Assembly: GCA_035536185.1 (NCBI GenBank) | Contig: DATLOM010000018.1 | Coordinates: 135,865 to 199,864 of the forward strand | Origin: Acidimicrobiales bacterium | GTDB lineage: Bacteria; Actinomycetota; Acidimicrobiia; Acidimicrobiales; GCA-2861595 | Length of the DNA: 64,000 nucleotides | Reading direction: 5' to 3' | Shown here: positions 23,734 to 33,169 of the stretch, piece after piece | Position numbering within the stretch: position 1 is the first letter of the stretch | Layout: each line of letters begins with the position of its first letter | The notes under the pieces: generated by a model | What the model was told of the DNA's origin: nothing | Database searches by the model: none | The model's input: only the letters and a program-made list of their open reading frames with translations | Position numbers and translations under genes: made by a program

Positions 23734-24687
23734 TCAGATGGTTCCAGGGCCCGTGGGGTCGATGCGTCCAGCCAGTGTATCGGCAATAGGGCCGTCCTGG
23801 CGCAGCGGATCGACCTCCTTCATCAAGTAGTCCGGCGGGAAGTCAAGGTTTCGCGTGCCGGCAATCTCGTGCACGGGGTACATGCAGTAGATGCCGTCGC
23901 CCAGCAGCTCTCCGGCCTCGTTCCGACGAAGGTTGCCGGTCGATCCCGAAAAGATGAAGCCGGGTTTCGATTCGTACCCATGCTCTGCGTCGTCCGGCCT
24001 CTCATCCTCGGCGGCGGGCGAGATCGAGTACTGCGTATAAAGCTCGATCCCTAAGAACCCTGGAAGCTCGCACTTCGCGTGCGGCAGGAGCACTCGGAGC
24101 TCAAGGACCGCTTTGGCAGGGTGAAAGACCCGGATGACGGGTCGGCCATTCGCGTCCAGTCGGATGAACCGGCGCCAAAGCGGCGGGAAGTAGTAACCCT
24201 CCAGCGATAGGACGTCAGCATCGTCGAGGCGCGTCACGTCCGCGTCGTCAAAGACGACTGTGTCGGCACTCTCAGTCGTCTCAGGCACGAAGTCCTCGAA
24301 CCTCGTGAGGGCCAGCCCGAAGGCGGGCCCGCGGATCGGATCCCAAAACGGCCAGGTCATCACCCCCATCCCGCGGATCGTGCCGTCCGCTTCTCGGCCA
24401 GAGACGAGTCCTGCACCTGAGAACTGCATGAACCCGTCGGGATGGTGGGAGAGCTTGATCTCCTTGTCCTCGGCTGCCGCCCCAGCGAGGTCGACCGCCT
24501 CCTCCAGCGGGACTTCCATCTGCTGCTTTGCGTAGTTCACCGTCATCTTGACGAACTGCGCCTTCTCTTCTGGATGGATTGGTGCCGTGACGTAGTACGA
24601 GCCGTCCGCGCCGTACACGATGCGGGTGAGCCGGTAGAGCTTGCCTTCGTGGCGATATGCAACGCGATACGAACTCCTGCCAGGCAT
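23734..24687 (-). CDS. Hypothetical protein with no family recognised
   Basis: The ORF has coding-like composition. I prefer the internal ATG 24687 (MPGRSSYRVAYRHEGKLY...) over the listed 24888 start, but the start remains uncertain. Confidence 0.4.
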   Translation of the reverse strand: MPGRSSYRVAYRHEGKLYRLTRIVYGADGSYYVTAPIHPEEKAQFVKMTVNYAKQQMEVPLEEAVDLAGAAAEDKEIKLSHHPDGFMQFSGAGLVSGREADGTIRGMGVMTWPFWDPIRGPAFGLALTRFEDFVPETTESADTVVFDDADVTRLDDADVLSLEGYYFPPLWRRFIRLDANGRPVIRVFHPAKAVLELRVLLPHAKCELPGFLGIELYTQYSISPAAEDERPDDAEHGYESKPGFIFSGSTGNLRRNEAGELLGDGIYCMYPVHEIAGTRNLDFPPDYLMKEVDPLRQDGPIADTLAGRIDPTGPGTI

Positions 24688-25167
24688 GGACCCCAGGATC
24701 GCACACCATAAATGGGTTCCGTTGTGGACCCGGCTCACAGAATCGGCGATCTGCTCGCAGGTCGTGACCCGCGGCGGTGTCCCAGAACGCGCTGCGACAC
24801 TCGGTTCTCTACAGATGCCCCCCAACGCCGGATGAAGGTCCCGGGTCGAAACGAAGCCGGTGTGGATGGCCGTGGCTCGGGTCCCCACCGGACGCCCGAG
24901 TCGAGTTGAGCGACTGGACGGCTGACCTGGCTCCGGGTCGTCGGTTGCTGGAGGTGGCCCGCCATGCCTACTTCGCCTTCACCATCACCATCACCATCTA
25001 CACCCTCGTCATGCCGAGCCTCCGCAGCGAAGCGGCCGACCTCATGGACGGGGTGCTCCGACCACCTGCTGAAGCGCCGGATCCTCAAGTGGCTACAAAA
25101 GTGGCTACAAAAGGCCTTGGCCGCGACCCCCCGGGAATGGCCTGAAACGCGAAACTGCTGGTCATCG

Positions 25168-25184
25168 AATGGTGGGCCGGGCAG
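25168..25184. repeat. 17-bp direct repeat AATGGTGGGCCGGGCAG, identical to the tRNA-Tyr 3' end at 26452-26468
   Basis: There is an exact match at both flanks of the IS element. Confidence 0.9.
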
Positions 25185-26451
25185 TGTGGGATCCCATGAC
25201 ATAGGCGACAGCTGTGTCAAGACATAGGAGACACCGAGCAGGAGGGTCTTCCTATGGAGCTAGGGCGGTATCTGGTCGAGGCACATCTTCGGGAGGGTCG
25301 CTCGGTCACTGAGCTGGCCGCAGCCCACGGGATCCACCCCAGCTGGATCTACAAGCTGTTGGGCCGCTACCGAGAACACGGCGAAGCGGGGCTGGCGGCG
25401 CGATCACGCCGGCCACGCTCGTCGCCGACCCAGGTGGCAACCGAGCTCGAGGACGAGATCGTGTTGCTGCGCAAGCAGCTCTTCGAGGAGGGCCTCGACG
25501 CCGGTGCGGTGACCATCCACTGGCACCTGAGCCGACGCCACCCCGAGGTGCCCTCGGTGAGCTCGATCTGGCGGGTCCTCAAACGCCGGGGCTTTGTTGT
25601 TCCACAGCCCAAGAAGCGGCCACGCTCGTCGTTCGTCCGCTTCGAGGCCGAGCTGCCCAATGAGACCTGGCAGTCAGACATGACGCACTGGTCCCTGGCC
25701 CACGGCACCGGGGTGGAGATCGTCAACTTCATCGACGACCACAGCCGGCTGTGCTTGGCCTCTGTGGCGCGGGCGGTGGCCCGGGCCACCGATGTGGCTG
25801 AGATCTTCATCGCCGCAGCTCAGCGCTACGGGACCCCGGCCTCGGTGCTCACCGACAACGGCTGCATCTACACCGCCAAGCACCGGGGCGGCAAGGTCGT
25901 CATGGAGACCCTGCTCGAGACCCTCGGGGTGACCTACAAGCACTCGAGCCCCTATCACCCCCAGACCTGCGGCAAGGTCGAGCGCTTCCACCAGACCGAA
26001 AAGAGGTTCCTGGCCAAACAGCCCGGTGCCGCTGATCTGGCCGAGCTGCAGGCCCAGCTCGATCGCTTCGTGGCCTACTACAACGCCTCCCGGCCTCATC
26101 GGGCCCTGGGGCGGCGAACCCCGGGGGAGGTCTTTGAGGCCAAGGTCAAAGCCCGGCCCCGCCACCACGTCCCCAACACCCACTTCCGGGTCCGCCACGA
26201 CAAGGTCGACAAGACCGGCTGTGTGACCTTGCGCTATGAGAGCCGGCTTCTCCACATCGGCATTGGTCGAGCCCACACCGGCGAGCGGGTTCTGATGCTC
26301 ATCGCCGATCGAGACGTGCGGGTGGTGAGCGAGAACGGCGAACTCATCCGCCAGCTGACCATCGACCCCACCCGTGACTACCAACGCCGCCGGTGAAGCC
26401 GATGTCTACGATGTCTCGCGACATCTGTCTCCGATGTCTCGCGACATCACA
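25185..26451 (+). mobile_element. IS481-family insertion sequence (1267 bp)
   Basis: It carries a single rve/DDE transposase gene. Imperfect ~50-bp terminal inverted repeats both begin with TGTG and share GACAT(A/C)GGAGACA modules (about 28 of 38 matched by eye). It is flanked by the 17-bp direct repeat. Confidence 0.75.
25254..26396 (+). CDS. IS481-family transposase (HTH + integrase-core DDE domain)
   Basis: 380 aa containing ETWQSDMTHW, FIDDHSR, LTDNG and SPYHPQTCGKVERFHQT. Confidence 0.85.
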   Translation: MELGRYLVEAHLREGRSVTELAAAHGIHPSWIYKLLGRYREHGEAGLAARSRRPRSSPTQVATELEDEIVLLRKQLFEEGLDAGAVTIHWHLSRRHPEVPSVSSIWRVLKRRGFVVPQPKKRPRSSFVRFEAELPNETWQSDMTHWSLAHGTGVEIVNFIDDHSRLCLASVARAVARATDVAEIFIAAAQRYGTPASVLTDNGCIYTAKHRGGKVVMETLLETLGVTYKHSSPYHPQTCGKVERFHQTEKRFLAKQPGAADLAELQAQLDRFVAYYNASRPHRALGRRTPGEVFEAKVKARPRHHVPNTHFRVRHDKVDKTGCVTLRYESRLLHIGIGRAHTGERVLMLIADRDVRVVSENGELIRQLTIDPTRDYQRRR

Positions 26452-26453
26452 AA

Positions 26454-26538
<85 letters not shown>

Positions 26539-26566
26539 TGGAGCGGATGAGGATACCGTCTGTGCC

Positions 26567-27055
26567 ATGCCCACCTTCGACGTGGTCTCCGAAGCCGACA
26601 TGCAAGAGGTGCGGAACGCCCTCGATCAGGCCAGCCGGGAGATCTCCACACGGTTCGATTTCAAGGACACCGGCTCCTCAGTGGAGCTGTCGGGCCAGGA
26701 GATCAAGCTCGCCTCGTCCACCGAGGACCGGTTGCGCGCCGTCGTGCAGGTCGTCGAGGAGAAGCTGGTGAAGCGCGGGGTCTCGCTCAAGGCCCTCGAC
26801 CGCGGTGGCGTGGAGGAGGCGGCCAAGGGGACGGTGCGCCAGACCATCACCATCAAGGCCGGGATCTCGCCCGATCACGCCCGGCAGATGAACAAGTTCA
26901 TCAAGGACCTGAAGCTCAAGGGGGTGTCGTCCCAGACCCAGGGGGACCAGGTGCGGGTCTCGGGGAAGAAGCGGGACGATCTTCAGGAGGTGATAGCCGC
27001 CCTCAAGGCTGAGGACTTCGGCATCCCCCTGCAGTTCAGCAACTTCCGCGACTGA
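26567..27055 (+). CDS. yajQ: YajQ-family (UPF0234) nucleotide / c-di-GMP-binding protein
   Basis: Trimmed to ATG 26567. The sequence shows MPTFDVVSEADMQEVRNALDQASREISTRFDFKD...LQFSNFRD. Confidence 0.85.
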   Translation: MPTFDVVSEADMQEVRNALDQASREISTRFDFKDTGSSVELSGQEIKLASSTEDRLRAVVQVVEEKLVKRGVSLKALDRGGVEEAAKGTVRQTITIKAGISPDHARQMNKFIKDLKLKGVSSQTQGDQVRVSGKKRDDLQEVIAALKAEDFGIPLQFSNFRD

Positions 27056-27078
27056 GCCGCGACCTGGCGGGCCTTGGG

Positions 27079-28539
27079 TCAGTCGGGGCCGGAGTGCTTG
27101 TCGCTGCGCATGGATGGCGGCGTGAGGGGGGTGAGCAGGGCCTGGGTCAGCTCTCGAGCCCGTTGCTCCTCCAGTAGGCGGGACTGCTGGCGCCGGGCCA
27201 GGCTGGTCCAGTCGACATCTGTGGCCACGGACAGGGCCTCGGCCTGGGCCAGCCGCCAGGCGCCGCCGGCGGGGCTGGCCGAGGTGGCCCACAGGAGCTG
27301 AGACCGGGGAGGAACGGCGGGGGCCGGGAAGGAACCGGCGCGGCCGTCGGCCATCCGGCGGGTGAGGCCGGTGGCGAGCAGGGCGCGGGGACGGCCCTCC
27401 ATGGCCGCGATCAGCTGGGGGACCTGGAGGCGGGCTTCCTCGAGCCAGGCGTCGAGATAAGGCTTCGGGTTGACCGGCTCCAGCTTGGACCCGATGGGCA
27501 CGGGACGGGGGACGAGGGTCACCCTCCGCTCCTTGCCCTTTCCCGTGACCACTTCCCGAGCGGGGGCGGGGTGGATCTCGAAATGGACGTGGCAGGGGCC
27601 GCCCACGGCGTTGCCGGTGTCGCCGACGTAGCCGATGGTCTCGCCGAGCTTCACCTGCTGGCCCGACTGCTGGCTGGGCACGAAGCGCTGAAGGTGCGCC
27701 AGGTAGTAGTACGTGCCGTCGGGTTGGTACACGTAGGCGGCCAGCCCGCCGGAGCCGCCCTGAGCCAGCTTCAGGGTCCCGTCCGCCGGCGAGCGCGCCG
27801 GCGTGCCGCAGGCGGCGAAGAGGTCGGTACCGACGTGGAGATGGAAGGTCGGCACGAACCGTGGGAAGTACCAGTCGTCGGTGAACGTCGTGCGGCCTCC
27901 CACCGGGAACCGGCCGAAACCGACGTCTACCAGCTCGGCATCGCTGAGACCGAATGACCGCAGGGGCGCCAGCGCCTCCATGAGGCGCCTGGTGTTGTTG
28001 GCGGGCGTGCGGCGGATCGAGTCCATTAGGCGCTGGGCATCCTCGGGAATGACACCGGCAGCCAGGGGCTCACCGGCCGCCGGGGCCCCAGGGGTGCCGG
28101 CGGCGGCGAAGGGGCCGGACGCCAGCTCCGGCGAAGCCGACGAAGACCCGGAGCCGCTGTCGGTCCCCCCCGGCGCCACCGGCCCCGCCGACTCACCGTC
28201 TCCCGGCGAGGAGGACGAATCGGGGTTGGGGGTGTCTCCTTGCGGACCCGGGGCCGGCCCCGGTCCGGGGCGCGGCTCGGGCTCGGGCTCCGGCGGCGGT
28301 GGCTGGGTCGTGGTCGTCGACTCGCTGGGCCTCAGAGGGATCGTCGTGGTGGTGGTGGTCGTGTCCGGTGGGCGAGTGGTGGTGGTGGTAGTAGCGGGCG
28401 CGGTGGTGGGCGTGGGCAGGGGCGGCACCTGGGCCCCGGCCGTCAGGGCCCCAACCAGGGCGGCGGCAGTGGCCAGGGCGGCGGCTAGGGAAGCGGTACG
28501 GGCGCGGGACATGGGAGAGGAAGACAGGAACCCCAACAT
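27079..28539 (-). CDS. Secreted M23-family metallopeptidase with a Pro/Thr/Ser-rich linker
   Basis: It has a signal-like N-terminus. M23 motifs are HVGTDLFA, GYVGDTGNA and HVHFEIH. Confidence 0.8.
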   Translation of the reverse strand: MLGFLSSSPMSRARTASLAAALATAAALVGALTAGAQVPPLPTPTTAPATTTTTTRPPDTTTTTTTIPLRPSESTTTTQPPPPEPEPEPRPGPGPAPGPQGDTPNPDSSSSPGDGESAGPVAPGGTDSGSGSSSASPELASGPFAAAGTPGAPAAGEPLAAGVIPEDAQRLMDSIRRTPANNTRRLMEALAPLRSFGLSDAELVDVGFGRFPVGGRTTFTDDWYFPRFVPTFHLHVGTDLFAACGTPARSPADGTLKLAQGGSGGLAAYVYQPDGTYYYLAHLQRFVPSQQSGQQVKLGETIGYVGDTGNAVGGPCHVHFEIHPAPAREVVTGKGKERRVTLVPRPVPIGSKLEPVNPKPYLDAWLEEARLQVPQLIAAMEGRPRALLATGLTRRMADGRAGSFPAPAVPPRSQLLWATSASPAGGAWRLAQAEALSVATDVDWTSLARRQQSRLLEEQRARELTQALLTPLTPPSMRSDKHSGPD

Positions 28540-28597
28540 GGTGACGTACGAAGCCGGCCGGCGCCAGCCCCCCCGCCGGAGGTCCGTGGTCAGAAGG

Positions 28598-29452
28598 CTA
28601 CGACCGCCACTCCCCGGCCCGGAGGCGCGCGACCCGCTCCTCCATGGGCGGGTGGGTGGTGAACAGCTTGGCGAACTGGACCTTTCGGCCTGTGAGAGGG
28701 TTGACGATGTAGGCCTGCGCTTGCGCCGGGTTCACGTCCATCGGGATGCGATGGGCCGCCATCTCCAGCTTCTGGAGGGCCCGGGCCAGCGGCTCGCCGT
28801 CGCCGATGAGGCGAGCCCCGGTGCGGTCGGCCTCGAACTCGCGGCTGCGGCTGAGAGCCATCTGGAGGAGACCAGCGGCCATGGGGGCCAGCAGGGCGGT
28901 GAGCAGCAGCACGATGGGATTGGTGTCGTCGTCGTCCCGGCCGCCACCGAACATGGCCCCCCACATGGCCATGTTGGCGATGAAGCTGATGCCGGTGGCC
29001 ACCGCGGCGGCAATCGAGCCGATGAGGATGTCACGGTTCCCCACGTGGCTGATCTCGTGGGCCAGCACGCCCCGCAGCTCGTCCCAGTCGAGGATCTGGA
29101 GTATCCCCTGGGTGACGGCGACGGCGGCGTGCTCGGGGTTGCGCCCGGTGGCGAAGGCGTTGGGCTGCATGTCCGGCGTCACGTACAGCCGGGGCATCGG
29201 CATCCCCGCCTGCTGGGTCAGCTCCCGCACGATCCGGAAGTACTCGGGCATCTGCGCCTCGTCGGCCGGCACGGCCCGGGCAGCACGGATGGCCAGCTTG
29301 TCGGAGCGCCAGTAGGAGAAACCGACGATCCCGAAGCCCAGCGCCATTCCCAGCACCGCCCCACCCCGCCCACCGAGGATGGACCCGACGGACACGAGGA
29401 GGCCGCCGATGGCGGCCAGCAGGACGAAGGTCTTGAAGGTGTTCTTGTTCAT
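28598..29452 (-). CDS. htpX: M48-family zinc protease HtpX
   Basis: Trimmed to ATG 29452 (MNKNTFKTF...). It shows HEISHVGNRD, the EFEADR glutamate motif, and four hydrophobic segments. Confidence 0.9.
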   Translation of the reverse strand: MNKNTFKTFVLLAAIGGLLVSVGSILGGRGGAVLGMALGFGIVGFSYWRSDKLAIRAARAVPADEAQMPEYFRIVRELTQQAGMPMPRLYVTPDMQPNAFATGRNPEHAAVAVTQGILQILDWDELRGVLAHEISHVGNRDILIGSIAAAVATGISFIANMAMWGAMFGGGRDDDDTNPIVLLLTALLAPMAAGLLQMALSRSREFEADRTGARLIGDGEPLARALQKLEMAAHRIPMDVNPAQAQAYIVNPLTGRKVQFAKLFTTHPPMEERVARLRAGEWRS

Positions 29453-29492
29453 GGTGATCCATTCAACATCTGGGGTTTTCACTTCGTTCCCG

Positions 29493-29921
29493 TCAGTCGT
29501 AGTACCCCGAGTGGATGTACACGCAGGGCACCCCTTCGGCGTGGAACATCTCCAGGTTACGGCGGTCATCCTCGAAAGCAAGTCGCAGGTCGAACTCCGC
29601 CTCCCGCAGGGCGTGGACGGTGAGCCGCTTGAACTCCCGAGCGGCCCGGTAGTCACCGAAGTTCCGCATGATCAACAGGTCCCACCGCAGCTGGTAGCGC
29701 TCCAACCAGGCCAGCGTCTGGGGCTGGACCCTCACCGGTCGCCCGGTGAGCAGGATGATCCGGAGGTCCGCGTCGAGAAGGGAGAGGAGCGTCGCCACCT
29801 CCTCGATGAGTGGGTCGTCGCCGCAGGCGTCGAAGAAGCCCCGCCAGTCCCGCCGTTCCGACTCGAGGAAGTGCTGGCGGCTCACCGCGTCCGAGAGCAC
29901 CCCGTCGATGTCGAACACCAC
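29493..29921 (-). CDS. HAD-superfamily phosphatase-like protein (start uncertain)
   Basis: Motif I is VVFDIDGVLSD. It also shows LLTGRP and FEDD. A GTG at 29921 or 29918 is the first plausible start downstream of the acs stop. The listed 227-aa ORF overlaps acs. Confidence 0.6.
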   Translation of the reverse strand: MVFDIDGVLSDAVSRQHFLESERRDWRGFFDACGDDPLIEEVATLLSLLDADLRIILLTGRPVRVQPQTLAWLERYQLRWDLLIMRNFGDYRAAREFKRLTVHALREAEFDLRLAFEDDRRNLEMFHAEGVPCVYIHSGYYD

Positions 29922-29985
29922 GGCCGCACCTGGATCGACGGGGCCCCCACGCCACCGCCAGTTGTCGGGTGCCTCGCCGGCCAGC

Positions 29986-31932
29986 TCAGTCTTCCTCGGG
30001 TGTGGCCGCGGCCCGCCTCTTGATCTCCTCGACCACAGACGCGTCGGCCAGCGTGGTGACGTCCCCCAGCTCCCGGCCCTCGGCCACATCCCGCAGCAGG
30101 CGGCGCATGATCTTGCCGCTGCGGGTCTTGGGGAGATCGTCGGTGAAGACGATGGTCCTCGGCCGGGCGATGGCACCGATGCGGGTGACGACGTGCTGGC
30201 GGAGCAGCTGGCCGTGCTCGGGACTGGCCGGATGGCCGCCTTTGAGGGTGACGAAGGCCACTATGGCCTGCCCGCTGATCTCGTCGCTGGCACCGACGAC
30301 GGCGGCCTCGGCCACCGACGGGCTGTCCACCAGGGCCGACTCGACCTCGGTGGTCGACACCCGGTGCCCCGACACGTTCATTACGTCGTCCACCCGCCCC
30401 ATGAACCAGAAGTAGCCCTCTTCGTCGACACGGGCGCCGTCGCCGGCGAAGTAGCGGCCGGGAAAGCGGCTCCAGTAGGTCTGGTGGTAGCGCTCGGGGT
30501 CCCCGTAGATGCCGCGGAGCATCGAGGGCCAGGGTTGAGTGATGGTGAGGTAGCCGCCGCCGGACCCCACCGGCTGGCCGGCGTCGTCCACCACCTCGGC
30601 CACCGTTCCGGGCAGGGGAAAGGTCGCCGACCCGGGCTTCAGGGTGGTGGCCCCGGGAAGGGGCGCGATGAGGATGGCGCCGGTCTCGGTCTGCCACCAC
30701 GTGTCCACCACCGGGCACCGCTCACCGCCCACGTGGCGCCAGTACCACATCCAGGCTTCGGGATTGATGGGCTCGCCCACGCTGCCGAGCAACCGGAGAG
30801 ATGAGAGATCGTGCTTCTCGAGCTCCTCCGTCCCCCACTTCATGAAGGTGCGGATGGCGGTCGGCGCGGTGTAGAGGATGGTGACGCCGTAACGCTCGAT
30901 GATCGACCACCAACGGTCCCGCTCGGGAAAGTCGGGGGTTCCCTCGAAAAGGACGTTGGTGGACCCGTTGGCCAGTGGCCCGTAGACGATGTAGCTGTGC
31001 CCGGTGACCCAGCCGATGTCGGCCGCACACCAGTACACGTCGGTATCGGGATGGAGGTCGAAGACGTAGCGGTGGGTGAAGGCGACCTGGGTCAGATAGC
31101 CGCCGGTGGTGTGCATGATGCCCTTCGGCCTGGCCGTGGTGCCGGAGGTGTACAGCAGGTACAGCAGGTCTTCGGCGCCCATGTGCTCGGCCTCGCATTC
31201 GCCGCCGGCCGACTCCATGAGGCCGTGCCACCAGTGGTCACGATCCTCCACCATGGCGATCTCCTGTGCCGTCCGGCGCACGACCACCACCGCCTCGATG
31301 GTCGGTGTGCCCTGGAGGGCCGCATCGGCATTGGCCTTCAGGGGAACAATGGACCCCCTCCGCCAGCCGCCGTCGGCCGTCACGAGAACCTTCGCCTGCG
31401 CGTCGTTGATGCGGTCACGCAGGGCTTCGGAGGAGAAGCCGCCGAACACCACCGAGTGGGCCGCGCCGATGCGGGTGCAGGCCAGCATGGCGACGGGCAG
31501 TTCCGGGATCATGGGCATGTAGATGGCGACACGGTCACCGCGCCGCACCCCGAGGTCCTTCAGCACGTTGGCGAAACGCTGCACGTCGGCCAGCAGGTCG
31601 GCGTAGGTGACGGTGCGGGTGTCGCCGGGCTCGCCCTCCCAGTGGAAAGCCACCTTGTCCCCCCTGCCGGCGGCCACGTGGCGGTCCACGCAGTTGACCG
31701 AGACGTTGAGCGTGCCCCCGTCGAACCACCGGGCAAACGGGAGCTGCCAGTCGCAGACCGTGCCCCATTCGTCGTACCAGTCGAGAGCCTCGGCCTGGCG
31801 GGCCCAGAAGCCCTGCCAGTCCTCCCTCGCCTCGTCGTAGAGGGACTCGTCGGTGACGAGGGCGTGCTGCTGGAACGACGCCCGGGGCGGGAAGCGCCGG
31901 TCCTCGGAGGAGAAGGACTCGATACCGGACAT
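29986..31932 (-). CDS. acs: Acetyl-CoA synthetase (AMP-forming)
   Basis: Trimmed to ATG 31932. It shows [32 protein letters not shown] and [10 protein letters not shown]. Confidence 0.93.
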   Translation of the reverse strand: MSGIESFSSEDRRFPPRASFQQHALVTDESLYDEAREDWQGFWARQAEALDWYDEWGTVCDWQLPFARWFDGGTLNVSVNCVDRHVAAGRGDKVAFHWEGEPGDTRTVTYADLLADVQRFANVLKDLGVRRGDRVAIYMPMIPELPVAMLACTRIGAAHSVVFGGFSSEALRDRINDAQAKVLVTADGGWRRGSIVPLKANADAALQGTPTIEAVVVVRRTAQEIAMVEDRDHWWHGLMESAGGECEAEHMGAEDLLYLLYTSGTTARPKGIMHTTGGYLTQVAFTHRYVFDLHPDTDVYWCAADIGWVTGHSYIVYGPLANGSTNVLFEGTPDFPERDRWWSIIERYGVTILYTAPTAIRTFMKWGTEELEKHDLSSLRLLGSVGEPINPEAWMWYWRHVGGERCPVVDTWWQTETGAILIAPLPGATTLKPGSATFPLPGTVAEVVDDAGQPVGSGGGYLTITQPWPSMLRGIYGDPERYHQTYWSRFPGRYFAGDGARVDEEGYFWFMGRVDDVMNVSGHRVSTTEVESALVDSPSVAEAAVVGASDEISGQAIVAFVTLKGGHPASPEHGQLLRQHVVTRIGAIARPRTIVFTDDLPKTRSGKIMRRLLRDVAEGRELGDVTTLADASVVEEIKRRAAATPEED

Positions 31933-32017
31933 CGGCGGCGAGCCTAACGACCAGCCCCGGTTCCGAGTGCATAGGGGGTGGAAACCGCCCACTATGTACT
32001 CGAAACGGGGTGGGGGG

Positions 32018-33094
32018 TCAGCCCACGCGCCACTCGAGGACGTGGAAGTCCCCTAGGCCGGTGGGATCGGTGAGGGCGGCGGCCTCGCCGACGCGGCTGC
32101 GGGCTTTGAGGGCCTCGAGGTCGCCCAGGTGCGCTCTCTCGTGCCACACGGTTCGGGCGGCCGCGGTGACCTCGTCGATCCCGTGAGCCCGGAGGAAGTC
32201 CGCCTGCGTTCGTTCGAAAGAGGGCCGCCGCACCCGGGCCAGCTGGTCCAGGGCGACCTCGCAGGTGACATCCTGCCCGCCCGGGTAATCGAGCGGGTGG
32301 CCGCCACGGCTGTGACTCCTGTAGGTGCGAAGCCACTCCGTGGGTGGCCGCCTGGCCAACGAGGGGGTGTTGTCGGCGTAGTCGATCACCACCAGACGGC
32401 CCCGCTCCAGCAGGGAGAGTGCCCGTGACAGCCACCTTTGGGCCTCGAGCTGGAGCGGTACCCGGGCTCCCTCGCCGGCGTCCGGCACCAGCGTCTCCGC
32501 CTCTGCCGAGAGCCCCGTCGGGGCCGGTACCAGCACCTCCACCAGCCGGCCGTCCACCTCGCCGACCCGCACCTCTTGCCAGTCCTCCCGCCACTCGAGG
32601 AGGTGAAAGGGGAGGTTGTCGAGCAGCTCGTTGGCGAGGACCAGGCCGGTGAAGGGCGCCGCCGGGAGCTCGGCCAGCGAGGTGAAGGTCGGGCCGCCGG
32701 CGGCGAGGTGGCCGGCCGAGGCGGGCGCGTCGTCGCAGTCGTCATCGGCACCGGCCGGGCCGAAACCGACGCTCGGTGGCTCCAGGGGAACGGCCGTCGA
32801 CTGCCGTTCCCGCAGGGGCTCGGAGCGCTCGACCATCACGTAATGCATGGCCGGAGCGCATGCCGGCTTCGCGGCCCGGACGGCGGCGGCCAGGGCGCCG
32901 GCACCGGCACCGGCCTCCACCACGACGAACGGGTCAGGCTCTCCCAGCTCGATCCACCACGAGTCCAGCGCGCGTGCGATAACGGCACCGAAGAGCGGCC
33001 CCACCTCGGGGCTGGTGATGAAGTCGCCGCCCCGCCCCGCCGCTCCTCCGGTGCTGAAGAATCCGCCGGCCCGGTCGTACAGGGCCATCTCCAT
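32018..33094 (-). CDS. DUF185 / MidA / NDUFAF7-like SAM-dependent methyltransferase (true start probably upstream of 33094)
   Basis: It shows [18 protein letters not shown] and [15 protein letters not shown]. The 25 sense codons between the nuoN TAA and the first ATG encode ...LEAIHRLGPITFADF, which resembles the family N-terminus. Confidence 0.75.
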   Translation of the reverse strand: MEMALYDRAGGFFSTGGAAGRGGDFITSPEVGPLFGAVIARALDSWWIELGEPDPFVVVEAGAGAGALAAAVRAAKPACAPAMHYVMVERSEPLRERQSTAVPLEPPSVGFGPAGADDDCDDAPASAGHLAAGGPTFTSLAELPAAPFTGLVLANELLDNLPFHLLEWREDWQEVRVGEVDGRLVEVLVPAPTGLSAEAETLVPDAGEGARVPLQLEAQRWLSRALSLLERGRLVVIDYADNTPSLARRPPTEWLRTYRSHSRGGHPLDYPGGQDVTCEVALDQLARVRRPSFERTQADFLRAHGIDEVTAAARTVWHERAHLGDLEALKARSRVGEAAALTDPTGLGDFHVLEWRVG

Positions 33095-33169
33095 GAAGTC
33101 GGCAAAGGTGATGGGGCCGAGGCGGTGGATGGCCTCCAGGACCTGGGCTAGCGCGGGCGCCGGCGTGGC

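Noticed and set aside
26567-27055. A functional link between yajQ (a c-di-GMP-binding family) and the riboswitch-controlled genes 20 kb away.
   Set aside because: They are not adjacent and not co-oriented. YajQ-family members bind various nucleotides. The link is noted only as context.
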